64,000 nt of DNA from Macrostomum lignano (taxonomy: Eukaryota): the NCBI GenBank assembly GCA_002269645.1, contig NIVC01000056.1, positions 434,001 to 498,000 on the forward strand, written 5' to 3'. A model generated the notes under the pieces. That model ran no database searches. It had not been told where the DNA came from and worked only from the letters and a program-made list of their open reading frames with translations. Positions 46,280-56,449 of the stretch are shown in pieces (within the stretch, counting starts at the first letter, position 1; every line of letters starts with the position of its first letter). The translations under genes were made by a program, and so were the position numbers.

Positions 46280-46353
46280 TTTTTTATTAATATCATTTAT
46301 TTCACGTTCTTTTGTAACCAGGATCTTTAGTGTCTCCATTTTCTTATAAAAAT

Positions 46354-46689
46354 TTAGTCATCGTCTTCGTAGTCCTCCCAAACGGAAGCCAATTTTACAG
46401 TCCTATCACTCTTTTTATTTTTTGTTTGTTTTAGTTTAAATTGCAGCCCAATATCCAGACTGTATTTCATAATAAAAGTTTTCGGCTTATTAATAACTAA
46501 AACAGGAAAATTTTTAACATCATCTCCGCTTAGACATAGGACTGTGTTATCACTCAACTGTAAAAATATTGATTGAATTCCAATAAATTTAACCTGTCGC
46601 AAACATATAATATCATACTCCTTATGCTCCAGAGAATTGGGTGTGAGAAAATTAATCACATTAGAATCGGTTTTGAACCAATGTTCCAT
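46354..46689 (-). CDS. Polinton hypothetical protein (111 aa)
   Basis: Open ORF with the TAAAAATG start context shared by the element's genes. Confidence 0.65.
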   Translation of the reverse strand: MEHWFKTDSNVINFLTPNSLEHKEYDIICLRQVKFIGIQSIFLQLSDNTVLCLSGDDVKNFPVLVINKPKTFIMKYSLDIGLQFKLKQTKNKKSDRTVKLASVWEDYEDDD

Positions 46690-46715
46690 TTTTAATCTAA
46701 AAATAATAACAAAAA

Positions 46716-46943
46716 ATGAAAGACATTTACGAATGTAAAAAATTTAATGTGACTATGCATAGAGGTCAAACAGAAAACGGAGATATATATCATATGTGTT
46801 ATTCGTGTTCTAAGATATATCAATTTGAAAAAACAAAAAAGATTGAAAACTCATATTACTATTTTAAAAACATAATTATAAAAAATCTTACACGGGATAT
46901 TTCCAATCCAACTTTAATCCCCGGAAATAATTTTTATTTATAG
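46716..46943 (+). CDS. Polinton hypothetical protein (75 aa) with CxxC
   Basis: AAAAAATG start and a CYSC motif. Confidence 0.5.
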   Translation: MKDIYECKKFNVTMHRGQTENGDIYHMCYSCSKIYQFEKTKKIENSYYYFKNIIIKNLTRDISNPTLIPGNNFYL

Positions 46944-47082
46944 AATAACTTTTTCAATTTAAATCAAGGTAAGGGATTAAGTTCGAAAGACGCTGAAAGG
47001 ATTTTAATTTTACTCGTAGTTGGATATTATTTCAATTTTCTTATGCGAGAGAACACAAAGTTTATAAGGATAGGCAACATAC

Positions 47083-47739
47083 CTAACGAAATGCTATTGA
47101 AAAGTCATTGGAATTTTTACGTATTGATAAAAAATTTAAACCTCGAATTACAAGAGAGTTACCACTTTGGAAAGAATATATAACGTATGCATTAAATAAA
47201 CTACACAACATGAAGTTCGACCGAACCTCCGGTTCGCGGATAAGTCCGACCGTACTTTCTGACCGCGGGCTTTGGACACCCGTTGCTAGAGTATCAGGCT
47301 TGTATTCTAACGTTTCTATAGGTGGAGGTTTGGGTTTGTCGAGTCGTAATTCCTTCAATTCCATATCTGTAAAAGTTTCAACATCCAAAATTCTATTTCC
47401 ATCTTTTAAATATTTTTCATATAATTCAACCGCTGTTGATAGCTCATGAATTGTTATCTCTCCATCATCTAGAATTTTTTGAACATATAAATATAACTGA
47501 TTTTTATATTGTTTAGCAACATGTCTTAATGATTTATACTTTTCCTTTCTTTTTTTAAGATATAATTTAATTGCCAAAAGAATTGATAAGTTTCTGATTA
47601 TTTCAAAACCTGATATTGAACCAATTGAAATACCTAAAAATAATTGAGATAAATTAAGAGTTGGAATAGACTGTAAAATACCCAAAACAATTACACATAA
47701 CATCGATAAGCTTCCAAAATCAATATTAAAAAAATCCAT
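47083..47739 (-). CDS. Conserved Polinton membrane protein (GasderminX-like family), C-terminus altered by a double-hairpin insertion
   Basis: Hydrophobic N-terminus, then KKRKEKYK and VQKILDDGEITIHEL, resembling the K-AL-D--IS--EF motif of this family (from memory). Confidence 0.55.
   Translation of the reverse strand: MDFFNIDFGSLSMLCVIVLGILQSIPTLNLSQLFLGISIGSISGFEIIRNLSILLAIKLYLKKRKEKYKSLRHVAKQYKNQLYLYVQKILDDGEITIHELSTAVELYEKYLKDGNRILDVETFTDMELKELRLDKPKPPPIETLEYKPDTLATGVQSPRSESTVGLIREPEVRSNFMLCSLFNAYVIYSFQSGNSLVIRGLNFLSIRKNSNDFSIAFR
47219..47251. repeat. Double-hairpin element copy 2 (1-nt deletion)
   Basis: GACC-GAACC-TCC-GGTTC-GC-GGA-TAA-GTCC-GACC. Confidence 0.8.
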
Positions 47740-48656
47740 ATTCCTAATATGGTTTGAAACTTGTCACGTTATTTGATGTTGGCCGTGACCTTAAAAGGGC
47801 CGTTTTAGTCCCAAAATAAGTTGAAGTCAACTTAGGCGAAGTGGATGGTGTAGCGGAGCACTTGGCAATAAGGGCAGGAAACTGCCGTAGTTGTCTTTAT
47901 TGTTAATATCAGTATTAAGTTTGGTTGTTACTGGCAATAAACAGACTATAGCTTTCTGGGCACTGGCGGCTGCAACAATGGGTTGAATATAATTTGGATA
48001 TGAAGTCAAGTGGCAGGCGAATGACACAATGGCGATGTGACGTGAGCAGTGGCTATGAGCACCGTGAAGGCAGTGAAACGTAGTGGCGAGTTTGGCGTCG
48101 GTCGTGGCGTGAGACAGTCAAGTAAGTGTGTGAGCAGGCTGGCCCAGGCAGAGGGGCCGTGGTGAGAAATAAGGAGGCTCGAGGCAGCCAGACAAACAGA
48201 TAAGACAGCTAAGAGGCAGCAGGGAAGAAACCAAGAGAGGAGTGCCGCCGCCAGGCGGGGGGGGTTTAATAAAAGAGCGCAGAGGGGGGTAGCGCGAGCA
48301 CGAGTGATTTCATTGGCTGGCGAGAGAACTTAAAATTATCGATCGTGCCAATTTTATACGGTCGCGAGAGAGGATAGCAAAATATACAGTGAATTAGAAA
48401 TTGCCACAAAATCGTTGGGCATTACTACAAGTAAACGTCGCAATAAACGAATGGAAAAGTTTAGTTGAAACGGTGAAACTGAAGGGTTGAATGACTATGG
48501 AGAACAGCAGTCCAACGGCCCTTTTCGGGACCACCTTAAACTGACAACGTCACAAACTCTTCTTACTTTTTTACTATATAAATCATAATCATAATTTATT
48601 CGATCACATTACTTAACATGTGACCCTTACGTTGGTTGAATCGGTCGCGTTTCATT

Positions 48657-48995
48657 TTATCTGCCTCGGACACCGATATTTTCGTCTATTTTTAATAGCA
48701 CCAAAATGAACTCCCCGCGCTCTTTGGGAATCTGCCCCGAGCTCAAAAAGTATTGGATTGGAGTTATTCTTTCTTTTTTCTCCCATTTAAATCCAATCTT
48801 CCAAAACTCTTGAAGTATGATATGGTTTTTTAATAGTTTAATTAATTCTTGAAGCTTTTTATTATCCTGAACATTTACAGTGCTAAATAAAAATTTGGTA
48901 TAAGATTTAAAAGTTTTTATATTTGATTCTTGTTTAGGAATCGGAATGACAATGTTGTTATTTTGTCTCATAGATGGAGTTCTACTAAAAGCCAT
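48657..48995 (-). CDS. Polinton hypothetical protein (112 aa)
   Basis: Open ORF with TAAAATG start. Confidence 0.6.
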   Translation of the reverse strand: MAFSRTPSMRQNNNIVIPIPKQESNIKTFKSYTKFLFSTVNVQDNKKLQELIKLLKNHIILQEFWKIGFKWEKKERITPIQYFLSSGQIPKERGEFILVLLKIDENIGVRGR

Positions 48996-49016
48996 TTTAT
49001 ATAGAGATATTTAGGT

Positions 49017-49050
49017 TATCGTGCAAAGCACGCGACCCTACGGGGCGATC
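49017..49050. repeat. Double-hairpin element copy 3 (intergenic)
   Basis: TATC-GTGC-AAA-GCAC-GC-GACCC-TAC-GGGGC-GATC. Confidence 0.85.
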
Positions 49051-49066
49051 GGACGATGCTCGCGCC

Positions 49067-50994
49067 TTAAGTTATTTGGACTGTGGGCTTCTCTAAACAT
49101 GCGCTCGCAGCAAAACTATATCCTGCTGATGTGCTACCACAAGCTGCTGCGCCGCGAATAAAATGTGCGGCATCTGCTCCTCCGGTTCTAGCACAAAAAC
49201 CCATAAGCGTTCCCGTTTTATCTAACTGTCCCCATGTCCCACTATCAAATGTGAAGAAATTTTGCCCAATTAGTGTGTATGCTTTAGTTGAAAATTGAAT
49301 GAACTTAATTGATACCAAACCCTTTGATTAAGAATATTGATTTTAAACAGATGCCAATCACCGTTATCAATATTGGCGTAGGTTACTGTTTGATCCGCGT
49401 CACTACTAACATCATTACGGACTGTTGCGCCGTCTGATTTTTTATTACTCCAAACAACTCCAAATCGATCCGTCCACTCACTAGCAAACACTATCAAACC
49501 GGCGTCGGTTGTTAATCCAGACCCAAATTCTGCTGTTGGTCGTTCGTGACAATATGCATACAACCAAACATCTGCACCATCTCCTCCAGAATTAGCAACT
49601 CTGAAAAAGAAGGAAGCTGCAATATTTTTAAAATGTGTGAAATTGAATTGTAATGCCCCACTTACACCTGAGGTTTCGCGGGTAATTCTAGCACCATTTT
49701 GATAATCAATATATGAAGCGTCACTAATAAAACTTCCTGTTGGAAAAATATCACCAGCGGTGGTTGGATTTTGGTATCCAGTCCAATTGAAAATGACTGG
49801 CTCAAATAAAGTGGCATCAATCGCAGGTATTCCATCCAATTTTATTTTATCGTTAAAAGACATTCGGCCATCCGCCGTTTGGGTTACAACCGTATCAACA
49901 TAACCTTTAGTAGCAACAGAAGTGTTATCGTTTATGGTCGAGGTATTAGTAATTGTATTACCACCCATATCCACTGATTGATTAACTACTCCCAAATTTA
50001 AATCAAGAATTGTAAAAGTCTGTCGATAAATCTGGAAGGTTGACAGTCCGGGATTGGTAGAACCAGAGGTTGATGTAAGACAGAACAATCTGAAATATGT
50101 ATAGGTTTTATCAAAATTTTGTGTGACATTAAATGTTTGAGTTGAGTTATTTATTGCTACGGAACTATCTGCCGGTATTAAAACATCCCAACTTGTATTG
50201 TCATTACTCCCCTCAAACCGCCATGACGCGGGGTGCTCGGTTGAGGGAGATGGTCTACCACGCAAATCAATTTTATAACACATTATAGCGGATGGGCATT
50301 GAACCTTAATCCAATAATCGGTTTGTGTATTATTGGTTGCCCAATCTGTTGAATCATCCCCATCAAAAGCTTTCCAACTTGCAAAATCGGTTGTATTAAA
50401 TGCGGTGCTTGCGGTTATTGCAAAACCATTTCCACACCAATCTGACATTGTTGGTACATGGCCGGTTTCAACCGTTTGGAATCGATCCTGTTTTGGAATT
50501 CCACCTCCAACTAAATTATCAACTTCAGTTTTAGTATATGAATCAGCAACATTCCGTTTCAAATTTAACGAATCATCAATTTCTGTTTTGTTATAAGAAT
50601 CAGCAACATTCCGTTTTAAATTTAGAGAATTATCAACTTCGGTTTTGGTATATGAATCACTGATATCTCTTTTCAAATTTAACGAATTATCAACTTCGTT
50701 TTTGGTATAAGAATCAGCAACATTCCGTTTTAAATTTAGTGAATTATCAATTTCTGTTTTGGTATAAGAATCGGCTGTATTGCGTTTTAAATTTAATGAA
50801 TCATCGATTTGCGTTTTGGTATAGGAATCTGCAACATTCCGTTTTAAATTTAGTTTAGTATCACTTTCAGTTTTTTTATAACCTTCGTCTTCATTAATAT
50901 ATCGGTTGTCTCTGAATGTAACGCTGATTCCGCCAGATCCGCCACCACCAGCACTTGTTGTTCCGTTCCATGAGGGTGTTCCACTAAATAACAT
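49067..50994 (-). pseudogene. Fibre/receptor-binding protein: 19-aa repeats, discoidin (F5/8C)-like domain, ATKGYVD motif, L-type lectin-like C-terminus; frameshift near 49310
   Basis: About 6 LNLKRNVADSYTKTEIDNS repeats; SWKAFDGDDSTDW...SWRFEGSND; IDNGDWHLFKI, and GFCARTGG...HFI in the shifted frame 49067-49318. Confidence 0.8.
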
Positions 50995-51003
50995 TTTTAC
51001 TGC

Positions 51004-51635
51004 CTATTTTATAGAGTCTAAAATCTTCTTAAAGTCTTCGGGTGTTTCCTTCGAGTTTTTGATCGAACCTTTGGTTCGCGGACTCCGTCCGATCTTATAT
51101 AAAAAATGCAACGCTGCTTGTCCACAATAACTTTTATCAAAGGTTTGAAATTGTTCGTGATAATCTCCACATAAACGGTTTTTAGTATGATTAAATTTGT
51201 CTTTTATTTCCTGTAACGGAGGTAATCAAAAAAATAAACAAGTTTGGGTTTTGAATAAACTGCTGACCAATGAACACCATTTTCTTTTGTTGTTTCTATA
51301 TTGACAATGTAAGATCCATATCTTGGTAAGTCTTTTATTTCATCTCGCATAACACATCTGAATGGTTTTATCTTTAATTGCCTCGCCTAATTTGTTAATT
51401 CAATATTGCTTGTTGTGGCAGTTCCATATCTTTTTTTAAAATCGCCCAACACGTTAATGCCATTTTATGTTCCTGAAAAACTCTTGGTTTTAGTTAGTTT
51501 CTTATCCGGTGGTTTTAATAATTCCTTTCGGGTTTTTTCTGCTTGAAGCTGTTTCAATTTTGTTAGTTCGATATCATAATTATCCTTTGCTTTTTGAACT
51601 TTATCCGATTGTTTTTTTAAAGCATTGTTACCCAT
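51004..51635 (-). pseudogene. Adenain-like (C5) cysteine protease, disrupted
   Basis: Manual translation gives FRCVMRDE...IVNIETTKENGVHWSAVY...YFFD / PPLQE...QFQTFDKSYCGQAALHFL, i.e. catalytic H, D, Q and C. In-frame stops and a deletion after FFD. The start position is uncertain. Confidence 0.88.
51061..51094. repeat. Double-hairpin element copy 4 (in-frame in protease)
   Basis: GATC-GAACC-TTT-GGTTC-GC-GGAC-TCC-GTCC-GATC. Confidence 0.9.
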
Positions 51636-51648
51636 TTTTACTATATAA

Positions 51649-52434
51649 TTAAACCTGTTTTATACGTAAAATTACTGTTATTGCTTGTCCGCCAAAACTA
51701 ATTATACGATCTGAATCATCAACAACTCTTACATAAATTGATTGTAAATGATATTGATTTAAAGGATAATATATTGGGGTTTGGGGTGCAACAATCATTT
51801 TATCTCCAATTGGAACAGCAAGAAAGGGGATTGAATAAATGATTCCACGCTGAACCAAAACACCATTATCATCTGTTATATAACCACCGTTCGAAATATC
51901 AGTTGTTATATTAATTGTATTAACTCCGCCCTCAATGTTTCCCACCGTATCGCCGGTGCTTGATGTGGTAACGATTCGTGAATTAAATCCGAGTATGGTT
52001 CTAAGTGAATTTGCAATTGTGAAATCAAACTGATATCCAGCAGCTAAAGTCAAGGTAAATCTTCCCGATGGTAAATCAACTCCTATAACAATTGCATCTG
52101 CTACCCAATCACCATTAGCAGTTAAATCAGCTTGTATTACAGCATTCAAATCAGTATAGTTATATGCTCCGGGTGTTATAGTAATTGTTGTCCACTTTGC
52201 TCCTGAATCTTTAGAATACCTAAATTGATTATTTGTTGCATTAATTAATTGGGGCATGTTGAAAACCGAAAACATTATCAAACCAATTTGATAACTTAGA
52301 CTTTGATCGAGTTGTAACGGATCGCGCAATTGAATCCGTTGTTCGCTGCTTGTCATTATAAACTGTAATGTTGTACTAAATTTTGAATTGGTTCGATCGA
52401 CCAATTGTTTTATAGTATCTAAATTTGTAGCCAT
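51649..52434 (-). CDS. Minor capsid protein (penton, single jelly-roll)
   Basis: Intact 261 aa; ITPGAYNY and the C-terminal PIYYPLNQYHLQSIYVRVVDDSDRIISFGGQAITVILRIKQ are typical of Polinton pentons. Confidence 0.9.
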   Translation of the reverse strand: MATNLDTIKQLVDRTNSKFSTTLQFIMTSSEQRIQLRDPLQLDQSLSYQIGLIMFSVFNMPQLINATNNQFRYSKDSGAKWTTITITPGAYNYTDLNAVIQADLTANGDWVADAIVIGVDLPSGRFTLTLAAGYQFDFTIANSLRTILGFNSRIVTTSSTGDTVGNIEGGVNTINITTDISNGGYITDDNGVLVQRGIIYSIPFLAVPIGDKMIVAPQTPIYYPLNQYHLQSIYVRVVDDSDRIISFGGQAITVILRIKQV

Positions 52435-52448
52435 TTTTATAGTTGGGA

Positions 52449-52482
52449 AAGCGGACTTAGTCCGCGTTCCTTCGGGGCGACC
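52449..52482. repeat. Double-hairpin element copy 5 (at ATPase stop, upstream of penton)
   Basis: AAGC-GGAC-TTA-GTCC-GC-GTTCC-TTC-GGGGC-GACC. Confidence 0.8.
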
Positions 52483-53275
52483 TACTCCTCATTTTCATTA
52501 TCCTCTTTTATCAGATCTGTTAAGATACGATTTCTCCTTTCTAACCTAGGGTTGATATATAAAAATGTTTGTATTGACTATCATCCCAATTTTTTTTTAC
52601 ACATAATTTTAAATGGTTTTGTATCCAACCCAGGATTAAATCTTGCGTGTATATTTTGTAGATCATAGTTATCTAAATCAAACATTACACAACAGCTAGC
52701 ATTCTTTTTTATAATCGAATCTAATTCTCTAAATGACTGTGTTAGATAAAACGCTCCAATTCCATCTCCTCTGCCACTAACAAAAATTTCCTTTTGCAAT
52801 TCTTGATCGCCGTCGTTAATACAATCATCAAAAATAATTAGTGTTTTATCATCTTTTGGAATTTGATCATAGGATATTCGGGTTGATACTCTAACGGTTG
52901 GTGATCGGACGAAGTCCGCGACCCTATGGGGCGATCTTTCGGTTGTGTTTTCTGGCGCTTGTGCCGTTGTTTTACATAAATCCTCAATGTCATCGAGTGT
53001 AAAGTTTGGTTCGTCGTCATCCTCATATTGCTCATACGCTCTTAACATTCTAAAAAAACATCTTTTTTTAATTTGTTTTTTAATCCATGTTTAAGAAATT
53101 CATAATTTTTAATTCGAGGTTTGTTAGTATAAATTATTAAATTATTATAGTCTAACATTCCATCGGTTGTTAACAGGTCATAAACAAAGTGTGTTTTTCC
53201 TTTACCCGATCCCCCAATTACTAAACAAAGAAAAGGATCGTTTGGAAATATCTTATTATGTTTTGCTTTTACCAT
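52482..53275 (-). pseudogene. FtsK/A32-like packaging ATPase, frameshifted
   Basis: Walker A GGSGKGKT, Walker B LIIFDD, SGRG..IGAFYLTQS. Fragments 53042-53275 and 52581-53048 plus a C-terminal shifted frame. Confidence 0.92.
52903..52936. repeat. Double-hairpin element copy 6 (in-frame in ATPase)
   Basis: GATC-GGAC-GAA-GTCC-GC-GACCC-TAT-GGGGC-GATC. Confidence 0.9.
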
Positions 53276-53325
53276 TTTTAAGGAAATAATTTAAATAGGG
53301 GGCGACGGTCGGAGACCTGCACCGC

Positions 53326-54807
53326 TTAAAATGGCGCGTCCCGAACGATGGTGTTGTCGGCTTTGGCAATTGCCAGATATTCCTCTAGAAACAATACGTG
53401 GGCGTCTAGTGCCTGATTACCAGTTTTATTAATCTCTAACATATAATTAAAACCAACATTGGCTACGTTTTCTTTCTGTGCGGTTAGATAAAAAACAACC
53501 ACTGGATGAATGTTTAGAAACTCTGTGGGAGTATATTGAGGAACAGCATACGCTTCATTTTTGACATAATCCTGATAATATTTTATAAAATCATTAACAT
53601 TATTATTTCCAAGATTTAGATTAAGGGGGTCTTTAACCGGATAATATTGATCATCAACCTGCAGGCGGATATTCTGGACATTAAACTCGTTAATCGCTGA
53701 AACCGCGTTGTCGGTTGCGGTGGCTGCTTGTGCTGCTACGTCACCTGATTGAAGCCAATATAAATCCCCGTTTGCTCTTTTGCTCCTTCTGTTTGTTATC
53801 TTAAACCAAACAAAAATATACCTCACCCGACGTTTTGATGTCAGTATTTGCCACTGACATTTTCCTGGTTGTTATTAATGGTTCGCATAAAGTGTCGACG
53901 ATTCAAATAAAATATTTCTTGATCAAGCTCTAACTGATCATCGATGTGTTTTACCTGGTAAAAGCGGAGCCGTTACCTCAATAGTTGGTACGACTAATTG
54001 AATTGAAGCTATGCGAGCAGCTATATCGGTTGAAATCGAAGTTCCATAAAGTATCCTCCTAGGTTGATATCCACCAGATATTTGCAACTGTATACCAAAT
54101 TTTAATCCTTTCCATACACGATTTGGTGAGAAGAACCCAAATAGTGGGAAGATTGAAAAGTCCTGCTCATATGCGGTTGCCGTGGTTAAAACCTCGACTG
54201 GAATTTATTCTGACGATCTATAAAACCGGTGTTCATATCTTTTGTGTTAGTCATGGTAGTTACAACTGGAACTATATTGGTATTAAGATAAGCAATAAGA
54301 GCTGCGGTATCTGCGCCTGCTGCGTTTTGTACGTTGGGGAAAACTACTGCTTGACCATTACCCTTATCCGGCATCCATCCAACACTATCACCAACTTGTT
54401 TTTATAAATAAGTATAATTTAAATGTTTCAAAACTCCATTAATCTCTGCTGGGTTTGATGCTGTCTCAACCTCGGCTCCATTAACTGTTAGTTGGGCTTG
54501 GGAAAAAACATTTATAAAACCAATCATTTTCTATAATAATACCAGATCGGTCAGCTATATCACCAGCTACCAGGGCAGTTCCATCGTTTCTGGTATACAA
54601 CCATCTAACGCGGAAAAACGCATTTTTCATATCCAATATGCTGCTGGTTGCGCCGATGTCAAATGTTACTGTTCCCGTAGTAAAATTGTTTGAATTATCA
54701 CTTGTTGGTTGAGTAAAATTTAAATCTCTTTTCCTGACCTCATTAATATACTGACGGTGCTTTTTGAAATGAAATTTATCACTCCATATGGTTTTTGTTT
54801 CAGCCAT
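53326..54807 (-). pseudogene. Major capsid protein (double jelly-roll), several frameshifts and stops
   Basis: Fragments join into ~490 codons: TVTFDIGATSSILDM, QLTVNGAEVE, FPLFGFF...LKFGIQLQI, IQLVVPTIE, RYIFVWF, IRLQVDDQYYP, HPVVVFYL. Size and position next to the ATPase and penton fit a Polinton MCP. Confidence 0.85.
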
Positions 54808-54841
54808 TTTTTTAAGTTAAAAAAGTTTTTTATATTAAAAA

Positions 54842-55519
54842 ATGAGTCAGTTTATGGATGTTGATGGAGAGTTAGCGATTTATAAAGAGAAGCAAAGATA
54901 TTCTGATTTTGTTAGAGATTTACAAAAAAGAAAGTTGGGAATACAGTTGGCTGGTGAGAAATTTGCTGCTCCTTTTGTTAATCCTATTACGGGGAAAATT
55001 AGTGAACTAGAAAAAACAGATAAAGACCTTCTTGAAAAAATTGCTAAGAATACGGAACCAAAAGAGGACGATGTTGTGGAGGATGAGCCGCCTGCTTATG
55101 ATGTTGATCAAGCACTATTGCGAGTTGCAGAGATTAAGAGTGCAGAACGGGGTGGAGTTGAACAATATTCTAGAGCTGCACCACAAAGTATTGGTGTGAC
55201 AGATTTAGGTAATGATAATTATCGAATTGGTGGAGTTGATAAAAATCGGAATGAACTATATAGAGGATTGGGTGGAGCATATAATATTATTATGAACCCT
55301 AGAGTAAAGTTTAATCCTGATTTATATACTGAGGATGAATTAGTAAGCGCTAGAAATTTTTATGATGAGTTAGGAGTAAGAGCTGCTAAAAACACCAGTT
55401 TGTATAAAAGGATTGTTGGTTCTATAAATAACAAAAGGGCTGTTGGTGATGGTTTAAAAACTCCTCGAAAACTCGTTTTAGCCGCTGCCAAAGCTGCAGG
55501 ACATACTGGAATTAATTAA
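54842..55519 (+). CDS. Polinton hypothetical protein (225 aa)
   Basis: Intact ORF with TAAAAAATG start and a VGDGL motif near the C-terminus. Confidence 0.75.
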   Translation: MSQFMDVDGELAIYKEKQRYSDFVRDLQKRKLGIQLAGEKFAAPFVNPITGKISELEKTDKDLLEKIAKNTEPKEDDVVEDEPPAYDVDQALLRVAEIKSAERGGVEQYSRAAPQSIGVTDLGNDNYRIGGVDKNRNELYRGLGGAYNIIMNPRVKFNPDLYTEDELVSARNFYDELGVRAAKNTSLYKRIVGSINNKRAVGDGLKTPRKLVLAAAKAAGHTGIN

Positions 55520-55535
55520 ATTTTATTTTTTTAAA

Positions 55536-56021
55536 ATGGAAAATACGATAAAAGATTGTCTTTGTAAACCTATTTATGATAAGGTTGGTTCTGACAGAAT
55601 ACTAAATAAAATATTTCAAGATGAATTAATAATTGCAAACCGTATTAAAACAATTCAAATGAGACTTGGATCTCTTTATGAATTATTAGCTATTGAACAT
55701 TTTGGTTTTGGAAAAATAAAGAAAATTGATTTAATTCATACCGAAAGAAAAATTGCGTTAGAGTTAAAATCTTCTGATAATACAGATAATTCATCAAGTC
55801 GATTTAGAAATATTCAAAAGTTATTAGAATTTAAATATGTTAATCTTGAATTTGATTTATATTATATTTGCATTAATAATACTACTAAAAACCCCGTACA
55901 GAAGATATTTGATAATGGTGTTACCTTGTTAACAGGGGAGTTTGCTTTAAATTTTTTATATGGCGATCAATATTTGGAGATCATTAAACTGATAGAGAAT
56001 TGTTTTTTAATTAACCATTAA
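55536..56021 (+). CDS. PD-(D/E)xK restriction endonuclease-like protein, Eco47II/Sau96I-like
   Basis: IQMRLGSLYE...KIDLIHTERKIALELKSSDNTDNSSS resembles the D...E-x-K-x-x-x-N-T-x-N-S-x-S signature of the Eco47II family (pattern recognition only). Confidence 0.7.
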   Translation: MENTIKDCLCKPIYDKVGSDRILNKIFQDELIIANRIKTIQMRLGSLYELLAIEHFGFGKIKKIDLIHTERKIALELKSSDNTDNSSSRFRNIQKLLEFKYVNLEFDLYYICINNTTKNPVQKIFDNGVTLLTGEFALNFLYGDQYLEIIKLIENCFLINH

Positions 56022-56149
56022 AAATGAGCCAACTTGTGTTTGAAGGTGGATTTTTGGATGTTCAAAAAGGATTAACAAGCTTACCAAGCGTTTTTACTAC
56101 TGGAAAATATACGAATGAATTACACATCCCAGGGTATTCGTACGCAGGT

Positions 56150-56449
56150 TAACCGAGGCCTGAGTGAGGAAGTCAATGTCCTTGCTAGTCACTATTTGTG
56201 GCGACACCTTCAAATTGCGTGAAACCCGTCATACAGCTTCAAGTACCACTTCAATTGAGAAATCTTTTGAAGGAACAGAGGTAACTCCTCTTCCCAAAGG
56301 TAACAAGCTTGAAGACAAGGTGGCAATGCGCAGCCAAGCTCCTAAGTATAAAAATATAAGGAGAAGGTTCAGAGAGCAGACGGAGGTGGGCGGTAATTTA
56401 TCCGCTTAAGGTGTGCTCCAGCCTCTTTCGAAAGATTGAGGGCAAACTA
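56150..56449 (+). ncRNA. Group I intron, subgroup IC1-like, 300 nt, no ORF
   Basis: P1 CAGGU/GCCUG with U.G at the 5' splice site. P3 CACCUUC/GGAGGUG. P4 UGCGUG/UGCGCA. P5abc with GAAA tetraloop and GUAACAAG bulge. P6 GCC/GGU. P7 GAGAGCA/UGCUCC with bulged A. P8 GGGCGG/CCGCUU. P9. Removal restores GYSYAG-PGT in frame. Confidence 0.93.

Noticed and set aside
53301-53335. Ninth double-hairpin copy (GGTC-GGA-GACC), and similar partial matches at ~42944 and ~43655
   Set aside because: Only one arm fits, so these may be degenerate copies but are not supportable.
56150-56449. Spliceosomal intron, tRNA or simple transposon insertion
   Set aside because: No GT-AG ends, no TSD or TIR and no cloverleaf. 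Group I pairings account for the whole segment.
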